Origin: Bacteroidales bacterium
GTDB lineage: Bacteria > Bacteroidota > Bacteroidia > Bacteroidales > FEN-979
NCBI GenBank assembly: GCA_049317265.1
Contig: JBMOIP010000012.1
Location: 4,612 to 68,611 of the forward strand
Reading direction: 5' to 3'
Length of the DNA: 64,000 nt
Shown here: in pieces, positions 63,699 to 64,000 of the stretch
How positions within the stretch are numbered: position 1 is the stretch's first letter
Layout: each line of letters begins with the position of its first letter
Program-made: the position numbers and the translations under genes
The notes under the pieces: generated by a model
Databases searched by the model: none
The model's input: only the letters and a program-made list of their open reading frames with translations
What the model was told of the DNA's origin: nothing

Positions 63699-64000
63699 CT
63701 ACCGCTTATAGGTATACATCCTGTGGCACCCCGGCGAACAGGAACCGCCACTGTCGGCCGGCAGGTAGTTAAGAGGCAAATCCCAGGATCCAAAAGGAGT
63801 CTTCTCAATGATAAGGTGCTTCCGTTTTGTTGCGTGAACATCGTGGCATATACTGCAGCTCCGCCCCTTTTCCCCATGCAGGTGAACATAATGAAGGTTC
63901 CGCTCCCCACTCCTGAAGGATGTTGAGGTTGAAGTCGTTTCGAGTTCCAGCAGGTCACTGTCATGACACTCCCAGCAAATGGCATAATTGTCTTTCTTAC
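63699..64000 (-). CDS. Multiheme c-type cytochrome, 3' end only
   Basis: Absent from the ORF track. Frame from 63998 reads KKDNYAICWECH...NLHYVHLHGEKGRSCSICHDVH...GGSCSPGCHRMYTYKR*: two CxxCH and one CxxxCH. Confidence 0.88.
   Translation of the reverse strand, partial: KKDNYAICWECHDSDLLELETTSTSTSFRSGERNLHYVHLHGEKGRSCSICHDVHATKRKHLIIEKTPFGSWDLPLNYLPADSGGSCSPGCHRMYTYKR

Noticed and set aside
63569-63985. 138-aa minus-strand ORF from the track
   Set aside because: Wrong frame; the overlapping frame encodes clear heme-binding motifs.

Overview
This window is chromosomal DNA from a Bacteroidota (Bacteroidales-like) bacterium, judged by TAnnTTTG promoters, T9SS sorting domains and gene order. 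Two conserved housekeeping blocks are present. The left block (1-11.9 kb) holds uppS, a PorG-like gene, nadK, an Omp85-like gene, a CBS protein, rsgA, dprA, a glycosyltransferase, lgt, DUF2723/GT117 and tRNA-Gln. The right block (36.7-61.8 kb) holds rimP-nusA-infB, purA, fur, rel, lepA, a RecD2-like helicase, upp and dnaX. Between them is a ~23 kb accessory region that starts just after tRNA-Gln. It encodes secreted modular proteins, a 2668-aa T9SS protein that fuses PhoX-like and 5'-nucleotidase domains, and three tandem histidine kinases. It also contains two single-base frameshifts and a hidden kinase-gene remnant that forms a direct repeat around the giant gene. The right end holds a candidate metal-responsive unit (WQPP-ending leader ORF, His-repeat membrane protein, CDF exporter) and the 3' end of a multiheme cytochrome c gene that the ORF track missed. 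No CRISPR array, integrase, transposase or reverse transcriptase was seen. All family assignments come from motifs recognised by eye, not from database searches.
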